A program made the translations under genes and the position numbers. The notes beneath the pieces are model-generated. The model ran no database searches. It was not told where the DNA came from and worked only from the letters and a program-made list of their open reading frames with translations. DNA of 16,807 nt from Promethearchaeota archaeon (GTDB lineage Archaea > Asgardarchaeota > Lokiarchaeia > Sigyniarchaeales > SOKP01). How positions within the stretch are numbered: position 1 is the stretch's first letter; the number at the start of each line of letters is the position of its first letter. Positions 16,310 through 16,807 of this stretch are shown one piece after another. Location of the stretch: the NCBI GenBank assembly GCA_011364975.1, contig RDOE01000071.1, forward strand, positions 1 to 16,807, written 5' to 3'.

Positions 16310-16807
16310 ATGAGGAGGAAAAATTATTCCACTTTGGATTTACTTGAAGACCTAAGAAAAGTGATTCAAGCTAATTCAGAAATTCTTACTACAATATTTC
16401 CTTCAAGAATTAGTAGATATTCTGATAGAGACTTATCTCGTTTATGGCGGGATACTAATTATCAATATATCAGAAAAATAAGAGGGAAAATAAAATTGAA
16501 TCCTAATTTTATATTTTCAATTGAAGCAATTATGCTCTTAAAAACTAGATTGGTTGAAAATTTTGGGGTGAAATCAATAATTTGTTTACATATAATTTCT
16601 AAGTATAAAAAAAACCAACTATCTTCTCTTATTTTCATTGAAAAATTAAAAAATGAGTTAGCTAGAATTTCTGGAAATGTTTTTTTAACTGATGAGGAAT
16701 TCAGTTTGATTCTAGGTTTCGACAAAGATTTTATTCACCGAACTTTTGATACATTAAAAAATATTAAAAGTGCTCGTTGGTATAATCCTCATTATAAATT
16801 TACTCTT
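16310..16807 (+). CDS. 3'-truncated hypothetical protein (not in the ORF track), basic, with an internal repeat
   Basis: ATG at 16310 (in-frame TTGs at 16274 and 16289) is open for 166 codons to the window end: MRRKNYSTLDLLEDLRKVIQANSEIL...ARWYNPHYKFTL. An open frame this long is unlikely by chance in AT-rich DNA. Confidence 0.75.
   Translation, partial: MRRKNYSTLDLLEDLRKVIQANSEILTTIFPSRISRYSDRDLSRLWRDTNYQYIRKIRGKIKLNPNFIFSIEAIMLLKTRLVENFGVKSIICLHIISKYKKNQLSSLIFIEKLKNELARISGNVFLTDEEFSLILGFDKDFIHRTFDTLKNIKSARWYNPHYKFTL

Noticed and set aside
16462-16725. 87-aa minus-strand ORF
   Set aside because: It is antisense to a longer + strand frame (16310 to the end) that matches the orientation of all other genes.

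Overview
AT-rich prokaryotic window with every credible gene on the + strand. It is most likely from an Asgard archaeon (Lokiarchaeia-like); this is inferred from a eukaryote-type actin-related protein, a Lokiarchaeal-style LRR protein and several TTG starts. Gene order: (1) a 5'-truncated multidomain protein with repeated Cdc48/NSF-N-like double-psi barrels, a long Pro/Gln-rich linker and a C-terminal MIDAS-intact vWA domain; (2) a GH3 beta-glycosidase; (3) a tightly spaced cluster of an AbrB-ACT regulator, a helical hypothetical protein, a divergent actin-related protein, an alpha-solenoid plus catalytically dead CHAT (caspase-like) protein, and a coiled-coil plus HKD-less PLD-fold protein; (4) a possible small ORF and an N6-adenine DNA methyltransferase with no visible nuclease; (5) a DEAD-box helicase with a DEGD variant; (6) an LRR protein; (7) a 3'-truncated ORF missing from the ORF track. 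The best candidate for an undescribed system is the actin-related protein + pseudo-caspase + pseudo-PLD cluster. Second is the Cdc48N-vWA protein, whose domain order recalls the N-terminal half of eukaryotic Iml1/Sea1/DEPDC5. No rRNA, tRNA, CRISPR array or transposase was seen. All domain calls come from motif recognition by eye, not from searches.
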